From Octopus sinensis (Eukaryota), in assembly GCF_006345805.1 (NCBI RefSeq), contig NC_042997.1:79050001-79114000 (forward strand): a DNA stretch of 64,000 nt, in the 5' to 3' direction. A program made the position numbers and the translations under genes. Positions 48,615 through 64,000 of this stretch are shown here, one piece after another. The notes below the pieces were generated by a model that saw nothing but the letters and a program-made list of their open reading frames with translations, was not told the origin of the DNA and did not search any database. Each line of letters begins with the position of its first letter. Position 1 is the stretch's first letter.

Positions 48615-51249
48615 TATGTATGTGTGTGTACATGTATTTTTATGTATGCCTGTGCATTAACTAAATTGTAATCTTTAATGAATTCTCTTTAGTGACAATG
48701 ATCATTGTTGTATCTGCTAAAGTTGCTAATGGAATATTTTTCTTTCAAGTTCCTCAATTTATTTTCATATAAATTTGAAAATTTTGTTGTATATTTTGTT
48801 GGCTTGAGATACTTTAATACAGTTATTGTTGGTATTCCAACTGAGTTTGGAATATCAATGCAGTTTATTATCTCATGTATGCCTATAACTAATTGAAGGT
48901 GAGTGTCTTCTTCATTGAATCTGTGTTGCAACATTTTGTTGAATTTCTAATAAAGCATTTTCCTAATATACAATGAGATGAAACTTTAATGTTGTTTCTC
49001 ATGTATTATGCCTATTTATGTATTGCTACTTTTAAAATAAAGTGTTTTATATTTGCTTTCCATGCTAGCAAGGTTTGTTAATAAACAGAAAATATTTTCA
49101 AAACACCCTTTGCATACCTAATTAAAGTTTCCAAACTTTATCACTACATTGTGATAAGAAGTCCCCCAATCAACATACAAAACAATTTATAACGATGAAG
49201 ACAGCAAAGATAGTAATATAACTACAGCAAATGAACTGGTTAATGAGCATTTTGTTAACAACTAGTTTTAGTTCATAATATTATTTATGATTTTATGTGT
49301 AAAATGTTTCTAAGTGTTTGCTGAATGTTTGTTTCTGTATTTTTCAAAGTATTTGTCAATGAATCTAATTAACATTTTCACTGAATTCTAGACATTTACT
49401 AATTATTGAAATAGACCAGAAGCATAAGTTTTTCATCTTGTTTGAAACTAAAGTACTGAGTTACTCTTAAGATATATCTAGTCATCTCATATGATAAAAA
49501 AACAGCTACATGATATACTGACAACTTTGATAATCAAATTTGTCTCCTCTCAAGAATCATCTTTTCTTTCCTAATTAATTAATTACTCAAATACACCATA
49601 CATATTAAGTATAAAAACTACTTTTTTCTTTTATTTTGAAACTTTCCTTTTAGCTGTACACCCATTTCATTTTCATATACAGAGTTTAGAATTGCTAAAA
49701 TAAGTTAGTCTTATATTTATATAGTGTGGTTAAATAGGTATATGTGGGTAAGGATACTTGCATTTCAGCTTCACTTTAACATTCATCCCACCAAACTTTG
49801 GATAAATATCAGTGAGTGTGCAAATAGCATCTAATGAATGAACTCTTCCTCTACAGGGTTGAACTATCCAAAAGAAATCATATCTACATGGTATGTTATT
49901 AGAAACAGCTCTAAAGTAATACTGATATTATGTTAAAAAGTGTACACCAGGATATAAATGATGCTCTTCTTTTTCATTTCTTTTGATATGAATATATAAT
50001 TGTCCTTGCAAAAGGTATGAAAATGAATATTTGAACTTTCCAATACTCCCTTTCTCACAATGCTTGGACATATTTTATAATCTACCTCAGAATTTTCATT
50101 TGGTTCTAAATTCTACAAAGGATGAAATACAGATATTATTTGTATATACAAGGTAGTGTAAATTTGATTACATATATTGAGGATGAGTTACAAGAATGTC
50201 AGTGCTTTTAACATACACACACGCACACACTTTTAATCTTCTGTTTCACCATCATTTTGTAAAACCAAAATGTGTTTTTTCTTTTTTGTTCTGTAGAGAA
50301 TAAGATAAGAGCATAAACTGTGGTTTTTCTCTTCCACTGAGAAAAAAATTAGATGAATTGTTGTTTGCCCCTAGGTCATCTGTAATTGAGTAGACCTATG
50401 CTCAAAATTATTCCAGCCATGATCATTCCATGTTATTTATTTGAGATTACATTGTCTAATGGTGTCCCTTTTTAAGATTGTTGGATGTGATTTGTTGGCT
50501 TGAAATAAAATGTGTCAGCAAATTGGTGCTGTTGTTGGTTCTTGGAATTATAGAAACTCTAAGCAACATAATATAAATTTATTTTATGCTGTTTATTTTA
50601 ATTAATTGAGTTGTGGTAGCAAGTGACTTTGGAATATTACTATTGATATAATGTAACATGTAAAGCACTTAAAGCTCTCTCACATAAAATGTCTCTAACC
50701 TAAATGAATTCATAAGAGACAATGAACCAACTATAAGCTCTATGGAAATATCTGCAAAGAACATTAGTTGCAGTCCATTATTTATTCTTTTTTTTTCTTT
50801 TAAAAGAATTTCTTATAATGAAGCCCACTTCCTACTATTTTGTTGCTTATAAAATTAAAAAAAACTACCCAAGTGCCATTTTTCATAAAGAGTAAAATGT
50901 TAAAAGGATTTTATAAATTGCTTCCAAACAGCATTTGGTGAATATTATAAAAATTGAACCTCATGTGTGAACTTCAATGAAAGAATGCTATATTACCTTT
51001 GAAATCATGTTTTTATAAGATATATAATAGCTGATACTTTGTAAAATTTAGAAAATTATTCATTGATACACTTATATTTCCTTTTCAAGATAACTAGACA
51101 TTAAAATGATAGACATAGCAATTATCTAGATATTTATATAGCAACTCAATTTTAAAGCAAATACAACTTTACATAAGCTGAGTAAATCTATGTCCCCATG
51201 AAAATGTTTTCACCCGCACATGACGCTTCTCACACAACTAATACTCCTA

Positions 51250-52750
51250 AGACCCACATCTATTCTGCAACAATGCAATCAAAGAACACTGGAAGAAATT
51301 ACCCATCACTACCACCAATTGGGAGATTTTATTTGGCACTGCAACTACCATCAGAAAAGCAAAAACTCACTTTATTTATCACACTTTCTCAAATCTCTCT
51401 CATTTTACAAATTGTTGCAGAGTATAGAGGTTGTTTTCATAGTGGGTCCCTACTATTGTTACATAATTCTCCTACCGATCACTTCCCAAGCAAAATCTGT
51501 CAACTGCATTCTCATTGAGAAAAACCATATATTTGCTACTCATTTCACTTCCAGCTCCATATATGCACTTCCTGCCCTCCAGTTTTACCACAGTGAAGAA
51601 ACAATTATTTTAGGAAAATTTTTCTGGACACTTTAAATCAACCAATTCTTCAAATTTTCCTTCCTTACAGATTTCTATCCCAATGTTTGGGTTCTATCCT
51701 CAAAATAGCAACTTCTCTAGCCTTGCAAATGTCTTCCCCTACCACATTCATTTCCAACATCTCAAAGGTAATGGAAACAGTCATCAACAACTATCTGTTT
51801 CATCTCATTTAATCTCTCTTAGTGACCCTGGCTCTTGTAGAACCAGATCTATTGGAAAGTTACTTTCATCTTTTGAGAATTTTTGCAAAAGCAATGTTGT
51901 TGCAATTGACATAAAGTCCATGCCGTTATCAGGTATGAGAACTTCTTAGCTAAGGTGCTTCCCTATAATTTGTTCATCTGTCTGTCATTTCTTGTATTGA
52001 AAGTTTCCTATCAGACAGCAACATTGCAGTGTATGCCAGTGGGGCTCACTTAATACTTTTATGTATCTAACGTTTAATAATGTTTCTCATCCCCTTCCTT
52101 CTGTACAGTAACTTACTTGCTATCATTTCTAACAACATACACCTCTATGCAAATGACGTTACCCTTCACTCCTCAGCTTTTCTCTCAAAGGTGTCATTAC
52201 ACTTAACCTAAACTCTTTACTCCAAACATTCTCTGAGTCTATGAACATAAACCTTGAAAATGTCCTCCAGTAGGGACATGATTTTCTAGTCTCTTTCAAC
52301 AGCATAGTCATGATCACTGATCATATCAGTGAAACTGTCATGTACTTTCAATGTAACCATGAACAACACATAAACTATAATCCTCTGCAAAGTTCAAGTA
52401 AACTCCACACTATAGAGTTATTTACATATAATACTACATGTAAACATCAAAGAACACATAGAAAAGGCCATTCAGTTGAATGGCAATGGTTTAGTCACTA
52501 ATTCATGTGTTGTTTTTCTTTGCTTCTACTACTGCTACTAAAAATGTCTCTTCTCTGAATTAAAATAGCTGCATACTCTCTCCACTGAAAACCCCTTGAC
52601 CTACAATTCTCACATCGTTTTTCTATTTACTATTATCTCCATTACTTTTTACTATGCTAAACTGCTAGACTCCACACTAAACACTTCCTTACCCATTTAT
52701 ACATTTGCTAACAGATGTTCAAGCTGAATATCAGCTGTCCTTCCAGTTTT
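51250..52750 (+). mobile_element. Old, decayed CR1/Jockey-group LINE RT region
   Basis: Frameshifted remnants AIDIK..VIRYENFLAK.LPY (~ALDISKAFDRVWH..LL.KL) and HLYANDVT (~YADD). Confidence 0.5.
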
Positions 52751-53031
52751 TCAGTACTTGCTAAAGTCATAGACACAGCCTTTCTCCCCTCACTATTTTA
52801 TTAAAACATTTTGTTTGTTTTCTACTTAAAAGAAATCCATATTATTTCCAAATTTAGTTTTACATGTACCAATTTTATAGTGTGTAGGATTATGTTAAAT
52901 TATAAATTTCTTATAAAAATTACCAACCTGGAGTGAAAGCACTTTTGTGTTACAATATAGTAGAAACAGTGGTGCACCCAACCAAATGCTAAGTATTTAG
53001 TTACATTCCTTTACTTTTATATTAGAAGCAA

Positions 53032-53071
53032 ATATATATATATGTGTGTATGTATATATATTTATATATGT

Positions 53072-53102
<31 letters not shown>

Positions 53103-53103
53103 G

Positions 53104-53138
<35 letters not shown>

Positions 53139-53282
53139 TATATGTATATATAATATATTATATATAATATATAATATGTATATATGTATATATATATGTA
53201 TATCTATAATGTATATATATATATATAGTATATGTGTATATATGTATATACATTATAGATATACATATATATACATATATAT

Positions 53283-53316
<34 letters not shown>

Positions 53317-53492
53317 TCTACATACATATATATATATACATAAATATATATATACATATATATAAGTATTTATATTATATATATAAAATTAATATACATA
53401 TATATAAGTATATATACATATATTATATATATATACATATATATAAATATATATAATATATATAATATATATATATACACATATATATATAC

Positions 53493-53523
<31 letters not shown>

Positions 53524-53600
53524 CATATATATATATACATGTATATATATATATACATATTATAAGATAATATATATAATACATACATATATATATGTGT

Positions 53601-53639
<39 letters not shown>

Positions 53640-54009
53640 ATATATATATATACATACATATATCTATATATATATATACATACATATTATATATATATTA
53701 TATATATATAATATATATAATACATATATATATAATATATATATATATAATACATACATATCTATAATCTATATATATATATATATATTATATATCTATA
53801 TATATATATATATTATATATACAATATATATATATATTACATACATATATTATTATAACTATATATATATATAATACAAAACATATATACCTATATATAT
53901 ATATATACTATATATATATATATATACTATATACATATATAATTATCTATACATATATATACATACATATATATATATATATAACATATATTATATATAT
54001 ATCTACATA

Positions 54010-54060
<51 letters not shown>

Positions 54061-54127
54061 CATATATATATACATATATATATATCTATATGTATATATA
54101 TATAATATGTATATATATATGTATATA

Positions 54128-54165
<38 letters not shown>

Positions 54166-54259
54166 CTATATATATACATATACATATCTATATATACATA
54201 TACATATATATATACATATACTATATATATATACATATACATATATATAATACTACATA

Positions 54260-54297
<38 letters not shown>

Positions 54298-54302
54298 GAT
54301 AC

Positions 54303-54335
<33 letters not shown>

Positions 54336-54378
54336 CATATATATACATATACATATATATATATACATATATATATAT

Positions 54379-54427
<49 letters not shown>

Positions 54428-54528
54428 TACATATAACATATATATACATATATACATATATATATATATATACATATATATAACATATAACCTATATATA
54501 TACTATATACATATATATATATACATAT

Positions 54529-54596
<68 letters not shown>

Positions 54597-54661
54597 CCAT
54601 ACATATATATATATATACATATATATACATATCTACATATATAATATATATACATATATAC

Positions 54662-54710
<49 letters not shown>

Positions 54711-54781
54711 CATACATATATATATATACATATATATATATATACATATATATTATATATACTACATATATATTATATATA

Positions 54782-54828
<47 letters not shown>

Positions 54829-54938
54829 CATATATATATATACCATTATATATATACACATATATATATACATATATATATATATATACTATATATATAT
54901 ATATACATATATATAATATATACATGTATAATATACAC

Positions 54939-54971
<33 letters not shown>

Positions 54972-54985
54972 CATGTATTATACAC

Positions 54986-55045
<60 letters not shown>

Positions 55046-55055
55046 ATATTATACA

Positions 55056-55107
<52 letters not shown>

Positions 55108-55181
55108 CTATATATATACATATATATATATACATATATACATATACATATATACACATACATATATACACTATATATATA

Positions 55182-55223
<42 letters not shown>

Positions 55224-55291
55224 CATAATATATATATATATATAATACTATATATATATATATATATCCAATATATATATATATTACAATA

Positions 55292-55327
<36 letters not shown>

Positions 55328-55363
55328 CATATATATATTATATATACATATATATATATATAC

Positions 55364-55411
<48 letters not shown>

Positions 55412-55446
55412 TACATATATATATATATATATATACATATATATAT
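53032..55446. repeat. Degenerate (AT)n/(ATAC) low-complexity block 1
   Basis: Direct reading. Confidence 0.95.
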
Positions 55447-55590
55447 AAATAATATAAGAGAGTGGTCACTATATTGCTCACTCTAGCACCAGTTAATCAA
55501 AGGTTTCAACCACGAAAATACATGTTTCCCATGAAAGCCAGTACGACTGTTAGCTCACACGGACAGGGCAAGTAAAAAATAACAAAAATA

Positions 55591-55684
55591 CAGATTATTT
55601 TGGACAATTGTTTCGCTATAATGAATTAAATGTAATATTACTTACAAAAAAATCCATTTGTAGCTCGTCAGCCAAGACTATCTG
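55591..55684 (-). ncRNA. Type I hammerhead ribozyme, copy 1
   Basis: Reverse complement of the 56543-56636 motif; one C missing in stem I. Confidence 0.75.
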
Positions 55685-56118
55685 GATGAAATCCACTCAA
55701 TCACACGCCAGATTTTACCATAACGATAAATACGCGTGTGGTTCAATTGATTACATCCGACGTTATAATTCAAATGCCCCACCAACAGCGCGCCAAACTT
55801 TCACGGAAAACAAATACAGCATTTAGAAATAAATGCAGCATAATTATAATTAATTAATAAGGTGAAGAATTAGATACTAATTTAATAGTATATTTATTCA
55901 ACACCAAGTGGCCTAGTGCTACGAGAAACCTGGATTATTATAATATTTTATAACATATTATAATATTTTTACAAAATAAATATAAGAGAGTGGTCACTAT
56001 ATTGCTCACTCTAGCACCAGTTAATCCAAAAGGTTTCAACCACGAAAATACATGTTTCCCATGAAGCCATACGACTGTTAGCTCACACGGACAGGGCAAG
56101 TAAAAAATAACAAAAATA

Positions 56119-56213
56119 CAGATTATTTTGGGACAATTGTTTCGCTATTAATGAATTAATGTAATATTACTTACAAAAAAATCCATTTGTAGCTCGTCAG
56201 CCAAGACTATCTG
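56119..56213 (-). ncRNA. Type I hammerhead ribozyme, copy 2
   Basis: CTGACGA, GCTA/TAGC, GAAA, C-AATT-G-TC and stem I all intact. Confidence 0.85.
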
Positions 56214-56542
56214 ATGAAATCCACTCAATCACACGCCATTTTACCATAACGATAAATACGCGTGTGGTTCAATTGATTACATCCGACGTTATAATTCAAA
56301 TGCCCCAACCAACAGCGCGCCAAACTTTCACGAAAACAAATACAGCATTTAGAAATAAATGCAGCATAATTATAATTAATTAATAAGGGTGCATTTATTT
56401 CTAAATGCTGTATTTGTTTTCCGTGAAAGTTTGGCGCGCTGTTGGTTGGGGCATTTGAATTATAACGTCGGATGTAATCAATTGAACCACACGCGTATTT
56501 ATCGTTATGTAAAATCTGGCGTGTGATTAAGTGGATTTCATC

Positions 56543-56636
56543 CAGATAGTCTTGGCTGACGAGCTACAAATGGATTTTTTTGTAAGTATATTACATTTAA
56601 TCATTAATAGCGAAACAATTGTCCCAAAATAATCTG
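56543..56636 (+). ncRNA. Type I hammerhead ribozyme, copy 3
   Basis: CAGAT-agtc-TTGG CTGACGA(56556) GCTA...TAGC GAAA(56612) C-aatt-G TC(56623)| CCAA-aata-ATCTG. Confidence 0.88.
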
Positions 56637-56910
56637 TATTTTTGTTATTTTTTACTTGCCCTGTCCGTGTGAGCTAACAGTCGTACTGGCTTTCATGGGA
56701 AACATGTATTTTCGTGGTTGAAACCTTTTGGATTAACTGGTGCTAGAGTGAGCAATATGTGACCCCTCTCTTATATTTATTTTGTAAAAATATTATAATA
56801 TGTTATAAAATATTATAATAATCCAGGTTTCTCGTAGCACTAGGCCACTTGGTGTTGAATAAATATACTATTAAATTAGTATCTAATTCTCTCACCCTTA
56901 TTAATTAATT

Positions 56911-59528
<2,618 letters not shown>

Positions 59529-59672
59529 AAAATAAATATAGAGTGGTCACTATATTGCTCACTCTAGCACCAGTTAATCCAAAAGTTTCAACCACGAAAA
59601 TACATGTTTCCCATGAAAGCCAGTACGACTGTTAGCTCACACGGACAGGGCAAGTAAAAAATAACAAAAATA

Positions 59673-59768
59673 CAGATTATTTTGGGACAATTGTTTCGCT
59701 ATTAATGAATTAAATGTAATATTACTTACAAAAAAATCCATTTGTAGCTCGTCAGCCAAGACTATCTG
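59673..59768 (-). ncRNA. Type I hammerhead ribozyme, copy 4
   Basis: All core nucleotides and stems intact. Confidence 0.85.
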
Positions 59769-60204
59769 GATGAAATCCACTCAATCACACGCCAGATTTT
59801 ACCATAACGATAAATACGCGTGTGGTTCAATTGATTACATCCGACGTTATAATTCAAATGCCCCAACCAACAGCGCGCCAAACTTTCACGAAAACAAATA
59901 CAGCATTTAGAAATAAATGCAGCATAATTATAATTAATTAATAAGGGTGAGAGAATTAGATACTAATTTAATAGTATATTTATTCAACACCAAGTGGCCT
60001 AGTGCTACGAGAAACCTGGATTATTATAATATTTTATAACATATTATAATATTTTACAAAATAATATAAGAGAGTGGTCACTATATTGCTCACTCTAGCA
60101 CCAGTTAATCCAAAAGGTTTCAACCACGAAAATACATTTTTCCCATGAAAGCCAGTACGACTGTTAGCTCACACGGACAGGGCAAGTAAAAAATAACAAA
60201 AATA

Positions 60205-60300
60205 CAGATTATTTTGGGACAATTTGTTCGCTATTAATGAATTAAATGTAATATTACTTACAAAAAAATCCATTTGTAGCTCGTCAGCCAAGACTATCTG
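60205..60300 (-). ncRNA. Type I hammerhead ribozyme, copy 5 (GAAA reads GAAC)
   Basis: Plus strand reads aatttgttcg instead of aattgtttcg; mutation or read error. Confidence 0.6.
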
Positions 60301-60631
60301 GATGAAATCCACTCAATCACACGCCAGATTTTACCATAACGATAAATACGCGTGTGGTTCAATTGATTACATCCGACGTTATAATTCAAATGCCCCACCA
60401 ACAGCGCGCCAAACTTTCACGGAAAACAAATACGCATTTAGAAATAAATGCAGCATAATTATAATTAATTAATAAGGGTGCATTTATTTCTAAATGCTGT
60501 ATTTGTTTTCCGTGAAAGTTTGGCGCGCTGTTGGTTGGGGCATTTGAATTATAACGTCGGATGTAATCAATTGAACCACACGCGTATTTATCGTTATGGT
60601 AAAATCTGCGTGTGATTAAGTGGATTTCATC

Positions 60632-60727
60632 CAGATAGTCTTGGCTGACGAGCTACAAATGGATTTTTTTGTAAGTAATATTACATTTAATTCATTAATA
60701 GCGAAACAATTGTCCCAAAATAATCTG
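60632..60727 (+). ncRNA. Type I hammerhead ribozyme, copy 6
   Basis: CTGACGA 60645, GAAA 60703, GTC 60712-60714, stem I intact. Confidence 0.88.
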
Positions 60728-61002
60728 TATTTTTGTTATTTTTTACTTGCCCTGTCCGTGTGAGCTAACAGTCGTACTGGCTTTCATGGGAAACATGTAT
60801 TTTCGTGGTTGAAACCTTTTGGATTAACTGGTGCTAGAGTGAGCAATATAGTGACCACTCTCTTATATTTATTTTGTAAAAATATTATAATATGTTATAA
60901 AATATTATAATAATCCAGGTTTCTCGTAGCACTAGGCCACTTGGTGTTGAATAAATATACTATTAAATTAGTATCTAATTCTCTCACCCTTATTAATTAA
61001 TT

Positions 61003-61080
61003 ACATATATATATATACATAATATATATTATATATATATACTATATATATATATATCATATATATATATATATACATAT

Positions 61081-61112
<32 letters not shown>

Positions 61113-61214
61113 ATATTATATATATATACATATATATACATATATATATATACATATATATATATACCTATATATATATATATACATATATATATATACA
61201 TATATATATATATA

Positions 61215-61254
<40 letters not shown>

Positions 61255-61276
61255 TACCTATATATATATATATATA

Positions 61277-61320
<44 letters not shown>

Positions 61321-61655
61321 TATACATATATATTATATATATATATATATAATATATAATATACATATTATATATATATATATATATATCTATATATATA
61401 TATTATATACATCTATATATATATATATACATATATATTATATATATAACCTATCTATATATATATATATATATCCATATATATATATATATATCATATA
61501 CATATATATATATATATATAACATATACATAATATATATATAATCATATATATATACATCTATATATATATTATACATATATATATATATATATATATAA
61601 TATACATATAATATCTATATATCAACATTACATATATATATAATATATATATATA

Positions 61656-61688
<33 letters not shown>

Positions 61689-61882
61689 CTATACATATAT
61701 ACTATATATATATACTATATATACATATATATATATATACATATATATAATATATAGATATATATACATATATATATATATATACAATATATATATATAT
61801 ACTATATATATATATATACATATATATATTATACATAATATATATATACTATATATCCATATATCTATATATATATATATAT

Positions 61883-61918
<36 letters not shown>

Positions 61919-62068
61919 TATATATATATATATAATAGAATATCTATACATATATATATATGATAATACATATATATATATTATACATATATTATATATA
62001 TACATATATATATATATCATATATATATATCTATATATATATACTATATACATATATATATATATAAC

Positions 62069-62100
<32 letters not shown>

Positions 62101-62222
62101 TAAGATATATATATATATATTATATATATAACATATATATATATATATAATATCTATATACATATCTATATATATATACATATATATATTATATATTATA
62201 ATATAAATATAAGATAATAATA

Positions 62223-62266
<44 letters not shown>

Positions 62267-62284
62267 TCTATCTATATGTACATA

Positions 62285-62315
<31 letters not shown>

Positions 62316-62563
62316 TATCTATATATGATACATATAATATATATATATATATATAATATATATATATATATTATATATATATATATATAGCATATATATA
62401 GATATAGATATATATTACATATATATATATATACATATATATATATAATATATAGATATATATCTAACCTATATATATATATATAATATATATATATAAT
62501 ATATATATTATATATATACATAATATATAATATATATACTATATATCTATACTATATATATAT

Positions 62564-62608
<45 letters not shown>

Positions 62609-62911
62609 CCTAATATATATATATACATATATATATATATACATATATAATATATAAATATATATAACTATACTATATATATCTACATACAATATATAAT
62701 ATATATATATACATACCATTATATAATACAATATATATATATACATACATATATATATACATATATATATATATACATATATATAATATATCCATATATA
62801 TATATAATACAATATATATATATATACATACATATATATATATACATATATATACAATATATACATATATAATACATATATATATATATATTACATATAT
62901 TATATATATAC

Positions 62912-62942
<31 letters not shown>

Positions 62943-63046
62943 GATATACATATATATATTATATATTATCAACATATATAATATATATTAATACATATAT
63001 ATAATATATATATATATACCATATATATATATAGATATATATATAC

Positions 63047-63079
<33 letters not shown>

Positions 63080-63146
63080 GATATTATATACATATTATAT
63101 ATATATATATCATAATATATATATATATATATATATATAATATACA

Positions 63147-63185
<39 letters not shown>

Positions 63186-63192
63186 TATATAT

Positions 63193-63223
<31 letters not shown>

Positions 63224-63410
63224 CTATTTACATACATATCAATATATATATCTAACATATATATATATATATCATATATATCTATATACATATATATATA
63301 TATACATATATATATCTACATACATATAATATATTATATATATATATACATACATATATATACATATATATATATATACATACATATATATATACATATA
63401 TATATATATC

Positions 63411-63442
<32 letters not shown>

Positions 63443-63496
63443 CATACATATATATATATACATAATATATATATACATATATATACATATATATAC

Positions 63497-63527
<31 letters not shown>

Positions 63528-64000
63528 TATATATATATATATACATATATAATATATATACATATATATTATATATATACATATTATATATATATATATA
63601 TAACATATATATATATATATATATATACATATATTATATATATATATATATACATAATATATATATATATATAATATATTATACATAATATATATATATA
63701 ATACATATATATATATATATACATTATATATATATATACACATATATATATATACACACATATATATATATATACACACATATATATATATACACACATA
63801 TATTATATATACACATATATATATATATATAACACATATATATATATATACACATATATATATATACTATATACACATATATATATTACACATATATATA
63901 TATATATATATACCACTATATATATATATACATATATATATAATATACCATATATTATATATATACATATATATTATATATATATACATATATATACATA
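61003..64000. repeat. Degenerate (AT)n/(ATAC) low-complexity block 3
   Basis: Direct reading; runs to the window end. Confidence 0.95.

Larger units (their letters stand above)
55447..56910. mobile_element. Hammerhead-bearing cassette 1 (retrozyme / non-autonomous Penelope-like element)
   Basis: ~528-bp unit in direct tandem (55454, 55982) plus an inverted unit (56391-56910); each unit carries a hammerhead; flanked by (AT)n; no RT ORF. Confidence 0.75.
59529..61002. mobile_element. Hammerhead-bearing cassette 2 (near-identical to cassette 1)
   Basis: Same tandem-plus-palindrome layout and the same 28-nt loop (60452-60479). Confidence 0.75.

Noticed and set aside
48660-48905. Candidate next UNC-93 exon (TAG acceptor, AAG|GTGAGT donor)
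   Set aside because: The phase-1 frame hits a stop after ~26 codons and shows no UNC-93 similarity.
56211-56217. CTGATGA on the + strand as an extra hammerhead core
   Set aside because: Other copies read CTGGATGA and there is no matching stem II/GAAA; likely a 1-base deletion or read error.

Overview
AT-rich, repeat-dense eukaryotic DNA. The SINE, microsatellite and LINE content is most consistent with an octopus-type cephalopod (inference). One host gene is recognisable: a + strand UNC-93-family MFS membrane protein. It has firm exons at 42614-45050 and 45715-45850, probable 5' exons near 35.2-35.5 kb, and an unusual ~520-aa acidic N-terminal extension; its remaining exons were not found in the window. 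Most of the rest is mobile DNA: a young CsRn1-lineage Gypsy provirus (17695-23020), a decayed near-full RTE LINE, a decayed Chapaev3-type transposon, R4/Dong and CR1 fragments, Helitrons/Helentrons, MITEs, tRNA-derived SINEs, and a 2-kb ORF1-only Tx1/L1-like element inserted into a SINE head with a 15-bp TSD. The most striking feature lies inside the (AT)n sea at 53-64 kb. Two copies of a ~1.46-kb non-coding cassette are built from ~530-bp units in direct tandem plus a ~520-bp-arm palindrome, and every unit carries a type I hammerhead ribozyme motif (six in total, on both strands). This looks like a retrozyme or non-autonomous Penelope-like system, probably inside an intron of the UNC-93-like gene. 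Coordinates were read by eye; ends of decayed elements are approximate.
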